From Epiperipatus broadwayi (lineage: Eukaryota > Animalia > Onychophora), in contig JAQFVV010000007.1 in assembly GCA_028023455.1 (NCBI GenBank), positions 9,052,001 to 9,116,000 of the forward strand: a stretch of 64,000 bases of DNA. Reading direction: 5' to 3'. The number at the start of each line of letters is the position of its first letter. Position 1 is the first letter of the stretch. Below the pieces are notes generated by a model that was given only the letters and a program-made list of their open reading frames with translations, had not been told where the DNA came from and made no database searches. A program made the position numbers and the translations under genes. Below are positions 1 to 12,228 of the stretch, one piece after another.

Positions 1-539
1 CTGCCTAATTCCCCATCTGTTCCCACTAAAATTAAAATATCCAATCATCAAGAAGAGAAAAACACACAGGCTTTGATGAAAGCTTTTTGACAAATCAGAT
101 ACAATGGAGTCATGCTATATTAATCTACAGAATTGATTAGGGTATAAATAGTGGAGTTTGAAGCTCAAAAAAAGTTCTATTTATGTGTTTAGTTGTCAAG
201 TGATTTTAGTGCAGAGTCACCTTTGGAATATTATATTTTTGACCACACAGCTTATCCCAGCTGAGAAATCTAGTTTTACTAAGTGTGAACCCTACAGTTG
301 TTGGATGTTGAAAAGAAAAGTATTAATATGGGAAGCATAAGGATGATAGGCTAATCAGTAATAGCTTTCTATCTATCTACAGCCATGAATCTCCAAGCCA
401 TGCCTGAGTGAATATGCATGGAAAATAAATAATGCCATTCAGCTTAAATAAACCAACCCCTTTTTGAAATGCAATAGTGACCTGCAGTGGATGAACACAC
501 CAGATGAAAATGAAGGTAATGATTTTATGAAATATTAAA

Positions 540-1420
540 AACTTATATGTTTATAGCCAAGATACATATTTCTTGATATAAATCATAAATGATTACATTT
601 TTATATGCAAATACATTTTATTAGGATAAATCATAAATGCTTATACATTTTATATACCAAATACTTCTGTATGGAAATAAAGAATAAACACTTATATGTT
701 TATAATCAAAAAAGCATCTATCTTGAAATAAATCATAAATGATTATATTTTATATGCAAATACATTTTTATTAGGATAAATCATAAATGCTTATACATTT
801 TATATACCAAATATGTCTGTATGGAAATAAAGAATAAATACTTATATGTTTATAGTCAAAAAACAACTTTTTTGAAATAAATCATAAATGATTATATTTT
901 ATATACAATACATTTTTATTGGGATAAATCATAAATGCTTATACATATTATATACCAAATACTACTGTAAAGAAATAAAGAAAAAATACTTATATCTTAT
1001 CTGCAAAATATGTCTGTAATGGAATAAATCATAAATGATTATGTTTGATATACAAAATATGTCTTTGTTGGAATAAATCATGAATACTTAAATTTTAGAC
1101 ACATGCTATGTCTGTGTGGAAATAAATCCCAAACACTTATATGTTTATAATCAAAAAACATCTTTCTTGAAATAAATCATAAATGATTATATTTTTATAT
1201 GAAAATACATTTTATTGGGGATAAATCATAAATCCTTAGATGTCTATAATCAAAACATGTCTTTAATGAAATAAATCATAAATGATTATGTTTGATATAC
1301 AAAATACATCTTTGTTGGAATAAATCATGAATACTCATATTTTAGACACATGCCATGTCTGTATGGAAATAAATCCCAAATACCAATATGTTTAATTGAA
1401 TAAATCATAAACTATTATAT
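540..1420. repeat. AT-rich minisatellite: ~50-bp monomer organised as ~150-bp higher-order repeat
   Basis: ATAAATCATAAATG anchor recurs about every 50 bp; ACTTATATGTTTATA variant recurs at ~541, 690, 840 and 1135. Confidence 0.9.
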
Positions 1421-3540
1421 TTTAATAAACAAAATACGTCTGCACTAGCATAGATCAAATATACTACATATATCAATCTGAATGAAGTATAAATGCTATA
1501 TAATTGAAATAAGTCTCTAGCTGTTGGAATAATAAATGTTATGTAGAAAACATGGATATACCTGGAGGAATTAGAAAGGCTTAAGAAAATAATACACATC
1601 TTTAAAAAAAAGAATTACAAATGTCTATAAAAAAAATGTGGCTGTACATGGAATTAAGGAATAATATTTAAATCACAACTAAAGAATTAAAGGACACTGC
1701 AGATAAATACATCACCAATAAGGAGTAACTGATCAATGGAACCTAAGAAAATGTGTGCATACCAGAAAATGGATCCTAAAGATAAACTATATCAAAAATG
1801 AACTAATGATAAACTTTATGGGTTTATTGTCCAAAATAACTATGGAGAACTAATAATCTTATCAAATGTTATGAAATAAATTTATTGTTATATAAAACCA
1901 ATCCAGTTGTTCATGTTGCATCATTTGTCATTCATTGCACTTGTTCATGAGAATCTCATACCTCCTAAGCTATGTCCGGCATAACTAGACCTAGGTAAGT
2001 CAGGTTGTAGTGAGATGGAACTCTAGTAGTGCTGTTTGGGGAAACCAAACACATAAATTTCTAGGTGTTCCAGTCTCTATGGTGCTACATCCTCTGATGA
2101 GCAGGAAATATTGTTGTAGAGGGGGTGACATCTGTATAGGGGAAAGCCAATTGATACTTCCTTCCTACAATATGCTCATCAGGAAATAGTTACAACCAAT
2201 GTAAAGAGGTTGTCTGGGGTGTCTGGTTACAATATATATAGTGGTTAATACATATAGTATATCCACATAAAAAGGTGGCTGGAGACTTTTTTTCCCTAAG
2301 CTTCCTGCAACACTAACTCTTGTTTAGTCAACACATATGTTTCATAGCAACATAACTAAGCTACTTATTCCATAAATTTTATGCATGTCTGGATCATGAG
2401 ATACATGAAACACAGCAACATATTTTGTACCTTAATCCATGATAGAATAACATTTTAACATTAAATTTTGTTTTAAAAACTGCTGCATAAAAACTAAAAA
2501 TCATTCAAACTCTGTATGACAGTGAAACCATAAGTCACAAGAATATTTTTAAGCAGTTGCCAAAAATTTCATAATGGTAGGAAGAGTGATGAAGACATTA
2601 CATGAAGAAATAAAACATGTCACATTACATGTTATAACTTGTGATCCATACCTGCTTCTGATTACAAATTATTATAATGAATAGCTAAACACTTTTGCTC
2701 AGTAAAGTATGCATTGATTTCAAGATGGTGTTTCTGGATAATTGCAAAGAGAACCATTCATCTTTTTACTGGGACACATTGTATAACTTATACTTTTATT
2801 CAAAAATAAATTATGTGAACAATATGTTACTTAATATTCTCTTGATTCATAGTATAGCAAGGAGTTAAACTCTAAAAAAAAATTTTCAGGTAATTTTGTT
2901 ATAACCAGATAAGAAACTATTCAATATTGGTCAGACAATGAGTGTCTAGCTATTATCTGTTATAGATACATACCTACTAACCACAAATACATGGGTACAT
3001 TGGAATAAATTAAGCAGGTAAAAATAAATACAGTATAAAGCACATGAGATAATGACTCTACATTTATGACTTAATTAAAGAACAAATCTTAATAAAAATA
3101 GAGCAAACTCCACTTAGCTGTGAAATAATTGATTCAAACTAAAGAATAGAATGGACCACTTTTTTTATACTTTTCAATGTAAATAAAATGTTTACCAAAC
3201 GTGTTTGAATGTCAGAGTGGAAATAAAATGACTGTCAGGTATAAATATGGCTCAATTAATTATATAATCATATCTAATTGGTAGAAAATAAAAACAATGT
3301 CTTATTTTTAACAATCCCTCTATTAATTACCAAATATAAATCAAATGACAAATAATAACTTTGTATGACAATTAAATTAATATGAAAATAGAGCAAAGAT
3401 GACCACATTCCATCTAGCCATAATATAAGTAAAACCAGTGTGCAGGACTCATTTAATTATTTCACAGGTAGATGGAGTTTGTGTCAGCCCTGATAAAGAG
3501 TTTAAATATATATAGAAGTAAACGGAACACTGGATGTGAG

Positions 3541-3900
3541 TTAATTTATAATAATAGTAAGGAAAGTAGCTTATTGTTTAAGACTTGAAAGGGATCTTTA
3601 ACAACAAGAGAATATAGAGGTAAATGGAAAAATATGGGAGATTTAGTCTGCAAATTGTGTAAGGAAGATATACAAAATATTAGGCATCTGTTGATTGAAT
3701 GTAAATGCTTGAAAGGAGAAAGGGTACAAAGAATGAAGTTATGGGAGAATAAATATGAACAAAGTGATTATACAGAAAGTGGGTTATTGGTTTTTATGTT
3801 GGGTTTGGGAAAAGATAAAGGGAATTTAGATATAAAGGCCATAGAGTTGACAGAGATTATGTTGTGGAAATGGGATGGAGCAGATTATGGGAAAGCTTAG
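3541..3900 (+). mobile_element. Non-LTR retrotransposon 3' end (C-terminal CCHC zinc-knuckle region), decayed
   Basis: In-frame read LIYNNSKESSLLFKT*KGSLTTREYRGKW..CKLCKEDIQNIRHLLIEC resembles the YDNS..SSLLF.AR.G.L / Cx2Cx7-8Hx4C tail of LINE ORF2; the stop TGA is a likely CGA decay. Clade not assigned. Confidence 0.75.
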
Positions 3901-4184
3901 GGTGGGGAATGGAAAGGGAAGGGAAAGTGGCTAACAGGTTTCTTTGAGCATAGTTGCTGAGAGATTACTGACTCCATTTAAGAAGAAATCATGGTACATC
4001 ACATCACATTTTCATGTACATGTATAGTTATCATTTAAGGAACTGTAATATATCTGCTCTTTAAATAAATCTTTGAAAGATCATGTTATTTTAATAAATC
4101 AATAAAAATACATCAGATGAAAATAATGAGCAAACATTCAAATAGCTTTATTGCTTAAGAGTTCATAAGAAGTTTAAAAACTCA

Positions 4185-4265
4185 ATGTGTCAGCTGCAGA
4201 ATCGATCCTAGGACCCCACATTCTAGCATCTGTAATCCTACCTACAACTGCATTAAACTGTGTCA
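4185..4265 (-). mobile_element. tRNA-derived SINE head remnant
   Basis: Minus strand reads TAATGCAGTTGTAGG (A-box-like) ... GGATCGATTC (B-box-like) at tRNA-like spacing. Confidence 0.4.
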
Positions 4266-6370
4266 GACAGATTAGAGTAATTAAAAATCTACTCACAAAA
4301 CAATCATGCAAATCCAACATTTTATTATTTGATAATAGTAAAGTCTCAAAGTATAAAGCTAATTCAAATTTACACAAACTTACTTTTTACTGCAACAAGT
4401 TTATATAATTAAAACTTCTAACATCATTTCAATGAAAACATGTCTGGAATTTCCTTTTAATGCAGACCTTTCCTGAAGATCAGTACCTTACAACGTTATT
4501 AATATTGAACAAGATATTAATTTGAAAATGCACTTTTATTTGATTAATATGCAATTTATTTAATGTTGCATTATTAACTTAAACTTTTATTTCCTCGCAA
4601 CATTTTAAAAGTAATGTAATTTAAAGATAACTAAGTTCAATTATTAATGTATTAATTATAAAAATATAAAATGACAATAACAGAGAAATATTGCTTCAAA
4701 TATTAAAATCAATAATGTTATTTTAATCAAATTTTATTACCTAATTCTTTTCTCCCAACTGAGCATATAATTAGTTTTGATAGCTTTATTAAATTTCCAA
4801 GCAGTTATTCAAATGAAATTATTCAATAAATCATAACTTCAGAACAATTGTATCTTCATATTCATAATTAATATAAATGTAAATATACCTGTATTATTTG
4901 TTTAAAAAATTACATATTAGAAGACAAATCGGACTAACAAAAATCAGCTCTGCAGATACTAAAATTTATCAATATGTAAGAAAAGAATTAGGAAAAAAAA
5001 CGAGGGGTTTAATGACCTCGAGAAAGAAGTTAGGATAATATTTTAACGTATCCCAATCAAATACAGCCACAGAATACACAACAATGAGTAAAGAAAAAAC
5101 TAATCGATAAAAAATAAAATGTACAGATTTTGAAAATAATTTACTCAGCAAAAACATACAAAGTGTATACCTAATTTTTAATTAGTATATTCACTACACA
5201 ATTTGTTACTGTTAAGTTAATAAAAGCAAGCATTTCAAGTAAGACAAATGTATATTTTTACAAAGATTCGCAAAATTCCGAAAAAAGCAATTACCATATG
5301 GAAGTCACAGATTTTGAAAATAATTTATACAAAGTCTTATTATTCATTTTTTTAATTAATATGTTAACTAAATAGTAATAATATCAAGCTGGCAAAGCAG
5401 GTATGGAAATTCAAGTGTTTGAAACTTTTAAATCACCAGATAGGCAAAGACTATTCACAAAAGCATGTCTAGTGAGAGGGGTGGTTTGAATTTAACTGTT
5501 TGTAGATGGCTGCAATATGATGAAGTCAAGGTAATGGAGGAACTAATAAAAAATTGAGAACTTACTTAAAATGCTTACTTTTATTAAAATAATAATGTGT
5601 GCTTAATAAATAATTACAACTTTTCAATAATTTGTTTAGTAAAATTATCTATAAAATTTTGTGTTTTTTGACTAAATGAATTACACTATTTTCAAAAATA
5701 TATATTTCAAAAATCTATATTGTTATTATTTATTATTGGTTAGTTTTTCTTTGGTCATTGAATTAATATTATGTGGATTCATCTAATGAACAGTGGGTAA
5801 TACGATGTGGTTCCATCTGATAAACAATGTAGTTATGGCATTAAAAAAGTAAAGTACAAAACAGAAAAGCTAAAAAAATATGATCTGGATGAAAGATGAA
5901 ATTTGTTTTGTGGCAGTGATCTGGTACTGGCAAGACAGAACTTTATTTTAAATTCATCATTCCTAGACAATCAGTTTGTGTCACCATTAATCCTTCAGTA
6001 CTACACACATATGAAAATATTCAGATAGATTGCTATATCTATGCAAACACTCATATTAAAAATTAAACACGTTTGATATACAAACACAAAACATTTTCCC
6101 TTCAGATCACTAGCCATATAATGTTGATCAGTAAATGAGTGTGACATTTCCACTAGTGACACCTGCTACAGCTTTCACTGCTCTGAAAGACTACATTATA
6201 TAACACTCAGGTTAAATGGAGATTTTTACCACTTCTCTAACAGAAAGACATCCACCTTCCAGTCAACACAAGATGATGCACTAAACTGACTACAAGTCAA
6301 TTACAAGCAGCAAACCATTTTTGTAACTTGGAAGTTCTCCCAGTCTGGATAGGAATCCCAGGGCATGAAT

Positions 6371-6374
<4 letters not shown>

Positions 6375-6453
<79 letters not shown>
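6375..6453. repeat. Compound microsatellite (TC)n(TA)n
   Basis: Direct reading. Confidence 0.97.
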
Positions 6454-6455
<2 letters not shown>

Positions 6456-6857
6456 AGAAAAATGCTAAGTAAAAGGCAATATCAACCTACTGATGGAAAT
6501 AAGTGTATTTCTCTTACTTGATTGTATTAAACAGAAATGGGATACAAGAATATAAAAAAAATAGTTTATCAGAAAATCACTGAAAAGTACACATTAACAA
6601 AATAATTTACATTCAAATATCATTATAACATCTTTAAATTTAAAAAAGCTGGACACACTAATACACAAATGTTATATACATTTGCAAGATTTAAATTTTA
6701 ACAGTTCATCTTTCATCTTTAATTCAATTCTATCACAACCAACCTTCAGCTCAAAAGTCAGATCAACCTCTCACACTATAGATACATATTTGAAATATTT
6801 TCATGGAAGCATATTACAATTTAACTTCTCATACCCATTATTTTTAGCCATAATTAA

Positions 6858-6921
6858 ATTTAATTTCATATATATATATTCATGTTTTTATTTAATTTCA
6901 TATATATATATTCATGTTTTT
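6858..6921. repeat. ~31-bp tandem duplication
   Basis: TTTAATTTCATATATATATATTCATGTTTTT present twice in tandem. Confidence 0.85.
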
Positions 6922-8342
6922 AAAATGCATACATACACACACACATGATGACATTGTCATGGAATGGATTAATTATTCCATATAGCTGGGTTTAATAATA
7001 AAAGATCCATTAATCTTTAATTAAAGTTTAAAGTATATGCAAGAACTAAAAATGATATAATAATTTCTAAATGAATAAGTGATTAGTAATAATTATTATG
7101 GTATTTATCTGAGAAGGATAATATCATAGTTATGAGGGCAGGAAGTTTGGCACCATCAAAAAAAAAATTGCAAAGATTTATAAATAAAGTTAACAAGTAC
7201 AGATTACAAGAATTACAACAAATGTATCAACTTTCATTTTCAATATAGTTTTCAATGCACTTTTTAATGATCATTTTATATATAGACAACAGTTTGCATA
7301 TGATTTTAATCAGGAATATGTAAAAAAAGTGGATGAAACTTGCTTGTATTCCAAATCATTTTGAAAAAATATTTTTGTCTTATTTTCCCACTGATACTAG
7401 AAGCCAACCCCAATTGAAAATTTCAGAATCAAAAACTCATTAAATTTAATACTGGCTTTAGCTTAACTGCAAAGAGATGAATCCTTAAAAATTGTTATCA
7501 AGTTGAATATTTTTCTTTTGATATACTGTATTTAAGATTTATATAGCAAAAAATGTATAACATTTTGTTTACAAATCTATCCATGAAACAAACAAGTCTG
7601 AATATGTTACTGAGATTATTCACAAGTTACATTACTAAAGAATCATTTAAATGAACTTACAAACAATACCCACTCTTTGTTATACCAATGTCAAAATATT
7701 TGGTCAGATAAAAGATTAAATTTATCTAATAAAATAGATTGGTACTGATATTATCAAAAGTGGGTACTGTTTGTACATTAGTTTAAATGAGACTTTAGAA
7801 ACCTTACTTGTGAATTATCTTCATAATATCATCAAAAATGAAAGTGTTCAATGTCACATTGTAGTAGTTGTCATGGTTAAATACTAGTCTATGATGATGA
7901 AGACATATATGGATAAAATTTGGGCCATGTGATAATAGTAGCTCTGCTAGAATTCTATACTGGGAATCATTTACTGTTTTTGTATAGCTTTACCCATATG
8001 TTTTAAGATTGATAGATTTTACTGGTTTTCTTGTATATTACAAATTTTGTTCATTAATATATATATATATTATTAATCTTGAGAAAGCTGCAGTTGATTT
8101 GAGAGATGCAAATTCTTTAATTAAATACTGTTACATGTATTGGATATCTAAGTTCAAAACTATGACTATTTGTATATTTTGACATGACTAATGTTAAAAC
8201 CATAATGTTTTAACTGACAATTTGTTTGTAACTTGTTTTGTAAGAATGAATGATATAGTTGTATATCTGAAACAAAATGCTTATCGAAATATTTTTGCAA
8301 GCATTATGAAAAGTATTTAAGGTGTGAGCATAAGCAATATTA

Positions 8343-8779
8343 CCATGTAATACAAAACCGTCCATGCACTTTACTACTGTTACACAATGCTTTATTTACC
8401 ACCCTCTTTTATAGTTTACAGTTTCGATTGCACCAGCAATTTCCTTCTGAACTCTTATATCTCCTAACATTAACTGCTAAATTCAAATTCATCCATGCAC
8501 TTTTGTACTGTTACACAATGCTTTATTTACCACTCTCTTTTACAGTTTACAGTTTTGATTGCCCCAACAATCTTCTTCAGAACTCTTATATCTCCTAACT
8601 TCAACTGCTAAATTTAGTTAGGAGATATAAGAGTCTGAAGAAGATCACTGGGGCAATTGAAATAGAAAAACTGTAAAAGAGAGTGGTAAATAAAGCATTG
8701 TGTAACAGTAGTAAAGTGCAAGGATGATTTAGTATTATATGGTATACATTTGGCAATGCAATAAGTAAGAGTAATTATT
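8343..8779. mobile_element. Hammerhead-bearing PLE-type non-autonomous repeat (family C): two tandem ~130-bp minus copies plus one plus copy, with 13-bp TSD
   Basis: ATAAGCAATATTA at 8330-8342 and 8780-8792; each unit has a CTGAAGA-A-GATTGC..GCAATC-GAAA-CTG-TH-like motif (8413-8454 minus, 8544-8585 minus, 8631-8672 plus). Confidence 0.8.
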
Positions 8780-9249
8780 ATAAGCAATATTATTTGTAAA
8801 GACTTACAAACATTTTGCAAAGCGAAGTATTGAACATTTTGATTAATTAATTTTAAATTCTTGGAGGGGGAGGGGGCAGGAGGTATTTGTCAGCATTATT
8901 CATGTTTCTGCTCTTATTTGAAAAGATATATTTTTTTATAATTTCCACTTTTATATTTTTTTGTTTAATAGTTTCTAAATTGTAACTGAAAATGAATAGA
9001 AAAATTATTAAGTATTTATTACATAAATGTAATAATGCAAATTTTCAGTGATATTTTTTTCACATTTCAGTGCATACTAGAAATTACCATCTGTCTCACA
9101 CATGACCTATGCTACAATTTTTTTGACCATGATTTCTGTAGGGTTCAAGTGAATGACTATGACATATCTTTTATATAAGCATCTTGATAATGTAGTTTTT
9201 AATATTTTACCATCTAATTCTTAAGTTTCAAATGCTAAAATAAATTACA

Positions 9250-10400
9250 TTAAAAGAGTGAGCTAGAATGGTAAATTACCATCCATGATAACTTTTTCTC
9301 TCACCATAATTATGCCACCTAGAGTCAGCTTTAGTAATCAATAAATGCCAGATGATAGTGCTTAATAAATCCTATCCCCTGCAGTCCTATACAATATTCT
9401 AGAGCAGTTTCTAGCTTATGGCTTTTATCAGTGAGGAGCTTTGGATTTTGCAACAGTGCACCTGAACCTTTAGGTTTTAATGTACCCTTTTCTGTAACAA
9501 CCATTTGTAGTTCATTGTTTTATCAATCTATCAGCTCAAATTGAAAAACATATGTTTTCAATTTAAGCCAATTTTCACATATAGTTGTATAGATCTGATA
9601 CCAATTCACTATCTATATATTATGGTTTTTTAACAATTGTAAGTAAGTTTCACCAATGTACCCTTTTTCTATTACCACAACCATCCTAAGCTTCAGTAAC
9701 AAATAAACACCACATAATAGGGTTTAATAAATGTTTACTTAATGTTGTCAATCCATTATCCCCAGTTCCAAGCTTATGCTTTTATCAGTGAGGAACTTTG
9801 AATCTTGAATCAGTGCATCAGGGCCTTTAGAATCGAATACACATTTCTTCTAAGAGCTATCATTACAGATATGTGTAATCTGGGATCATGTGGTAGAATC
9901 ATGTAATATTTTATTGATACTATGTCAATCTTGGTCATAGGACAGAGGAACCTACAACTGCTAAAAAAACTAAAGATATCATAATAGATAGAAAATGAAC
10001 AGGTTTCAGATCTATATGACTATACAAAAGCAAGCTAGTTTAGATTAATAAATTTACATGTTTTTCAATTTGGGCTGATAGCTTGATAGTAAAGCAGAAA
10101 GACAAATGATGATTCTAGAAGAAAGGTGTATTAGGTCCTAAAGATTCAAATGCACTCTTCCAAGATCCAAAGTTCTTTCCTAATGAAAGCCATGAGCTTG
10201 AAACTAGTCTGGGGATAATGAATAGGGCAGCATTTGATAGAGATTTATTAAACACTATCATTTGGTATCTATTAATTACCAAAAATTATAGCAGGCAGCA
10301 TAGCTGTGGTGAAGGAAAGAGTATCCTGTTGAAGCAGCAATGTATAAGCTGAAGTCATGTGGTATCCATGGTAACTGTTATTGTTTAGTCCAATTAATTT
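9250..10400. mobile_element. Cluster of family A (SINE-like head + hammerhead) copies: ~9250-9625 minus, ~9650-9850 minus, ~9990-10400 plus
   Basis: Mutual homology and homology to 33650-34470 and 45870-46275; HHR motifs at 9398-9438 (-), 9758-9795 (-), 10174-10215 (+). Confidence 0.75.
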
Positions 10401-10482
10401 ATTACTAGTTAATCCAATTTTCTGGCAGAAAAAACAAACTTCTACATCAAATTAAATTCCCATGCATATATATATATTAATA

Positions 10483-10590
10483 CTCCAACACTGGTCTATT
10501 AAGTAAATGAAATACTGTACTTTCAATCCAAAGCACAAGATGTGCTTTGGATTGAGAGTATATCATTTACTTAATAGACTAGTGTTGGAG
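10483..10590. repeat. ~108-bp near-perfect palindrome (fold-back)
   Basis: CTCCAACACTGGTCTATTAAGTAAATGA...CAATCCAAAGCACA / TGTGCTTTGGATTG...TCATTTACTTAATAGACTAGTGTTGGAG with a 3-nt centre. Confidence 0.9.
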
Positions 10591-10841
10591 TGTTAATCTC
10601 GGCGTAGAATATAATATTAACAGCTGGGAAGTTTATATTTACATATCATAAATTTTATTTGCATGCATCAAACTATTATACTCATAAACCATTCCTTTAG
10701 ATAAATATATTAATAATTATTACTAATCACTTATTAAGTAAGAGATTATCATATCATTCCAAGGCCAGATATAAACTTAAAATCTCGGTTAAAGATAAAC
10801 ATGTCTACTTTTTTAACTAAACTTATCCAGATTACACAGAT

Positions 10842-11000
10842 TTGAAATACAGGCATTCTTATACCTGGAACTTAATTGTAAATGTAGGGGATTTGAACTC
10901 AGACTTTCAAGAAACCTTCAGTTATCCACACTATCTCATAGTACTGATATACATGACCACACACATGTAGAAAAGATAAATAATCACCAATATATGTATT
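10842..11000 (-). mobile_element. Short family B-related retro-insertion with Pol III B-box and 16-bp TSD
   Basis: TCCAGATTACACAGAT at 10826-10841 and 11001-11016; body matches the HHR-downstream part of the 475-bp unit and contains GAGTTCAAATCCC. Confidence 0.8.
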
Positions 11001-11379
11001 TCCAGATTACACAGATATTTTTATTCATATATTTCAAAAAATGAGTAATAGAGAGGCACTTTAGGAATATTTAATGTGTATGTGCAAGCAGACACCTATG
11101 TGAAAATCAAAATTTTAAATATATTTACATTTTATAAAAGTGCTGAATAAAAATTATAGTGCTAGCAATAGTAAGTGGTAAAAGTGTTGCATTCAAATGC
11201 TAAAGATTTTGATTAAATTCTGCGGAAGAAAAAATAAAAAAATGGAGCGGTTGTGCTCAATTATCTTACTTGGGTAGCTAGAACATCACAAGACTTCACA
11301 AACAACTATGTAATTAGTTATAACGTAAAATTTTACAGTCGTCGTTATTTATCTTTAACATATACTTACAATTAATTTT

Positions 11380-11870
11380 CGAGATTAAGACACATAGCAC
11401 TAAAAGAGAGTTTATATATAAAAAGATATAAACCTGTTTTAAATAGAATTGGATAAGACATGAATAAAGAATTATTTTTGGAAATAAATTCATTTTTGAA
11501 GTATATAAGAAAGAAAAAGGAAATAAGTTTTTTTATTGTAACAATTGGTTTTTTGGATAAAAAAATGTAAAAAGGGAAAGTTTTTTGAGAAGGGAGTCAA
11601 GTAAGTGTGGTGTATGTTTTGTGTTTTTAATTTAATTGATTTTAATGTATTTTATTTATTTTTAAATTTTATGGGGTTTATATGCTTTATATTGTTTTTG
11701 ATTAATTTTGTTTTTATTATATGAAGTTTGTTTATAATGTAATGTTTTTTCTAGATCCTTGAAAATGACTATAGAGTAAAGATAGTCGAAACGTTGGAAA
11801 TAAGTGGATATATATATACATCAAATAAAGTTTTTGAAAAGAAAAGAAGTGATTTTTAATTATAGAATTA
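11380..11870 (+). mobile_element. Penelope-like element 3' end: GIY-YIG C-terminus, GT-rich UTR, degenerate hammerhead
   Basis: 11382-11456 reads RLRHIALKESLYIKRYKPVLNRIG* (ESLYI....P.LN motif of PLE endonucleases); HHR-like TCC-TTGAAAA-T-GACTAT..ATAGTC-GAAACGT-T-GGA at 11756-11798. Confidence 0.75.
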
Positions 11871-12228
11871 TACACAATTAGTATTTTAAAAACTATCAAA
11901 CCCAACATAAGACAATAGTTAACAAGAAAAAAAATAGTCTCTATATTGATAGATGACAAAACTTTATATTAATAATGCTCAAAAATAAAGTTTATTCTTT
12001 TCTTGTTAATTATTATTTTAAAATAGAGAGTATTTTAAAATATTTATTGTATAGTGGTACCAGTATTAATCTCGAAAATTATATATATTAAAGTAATGAA
12101 GATATTCTATTATATATACATACAATTATATAGGTAAATGTACATATACATACATGCCTATGTGCATATATTTAGTAACAAAGGTATTTAAGTTTAAAGA
12201 AAGATATATATATAGATAGATTAATATG

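Noticed and set aside
2090-2190. CTGATGAGC on both strands forming an imperfect inverted repeat
   Set aside because: No stem II-GAAA-stem III arrangement can be built, so it is not counted as a hammerhead.
4460-4500. CCTGAAGAT..AACGTT hammerhead-like string
   Set aside because: It lacks GAAA and a paired stem II.
5376-5532. Two mini-exon candidates around a plausible 107-nt intron (5401-5507)
   Set aside because: The peptides are too short, have no homology, and chance splice-like signals are common in AT-rich DNA.
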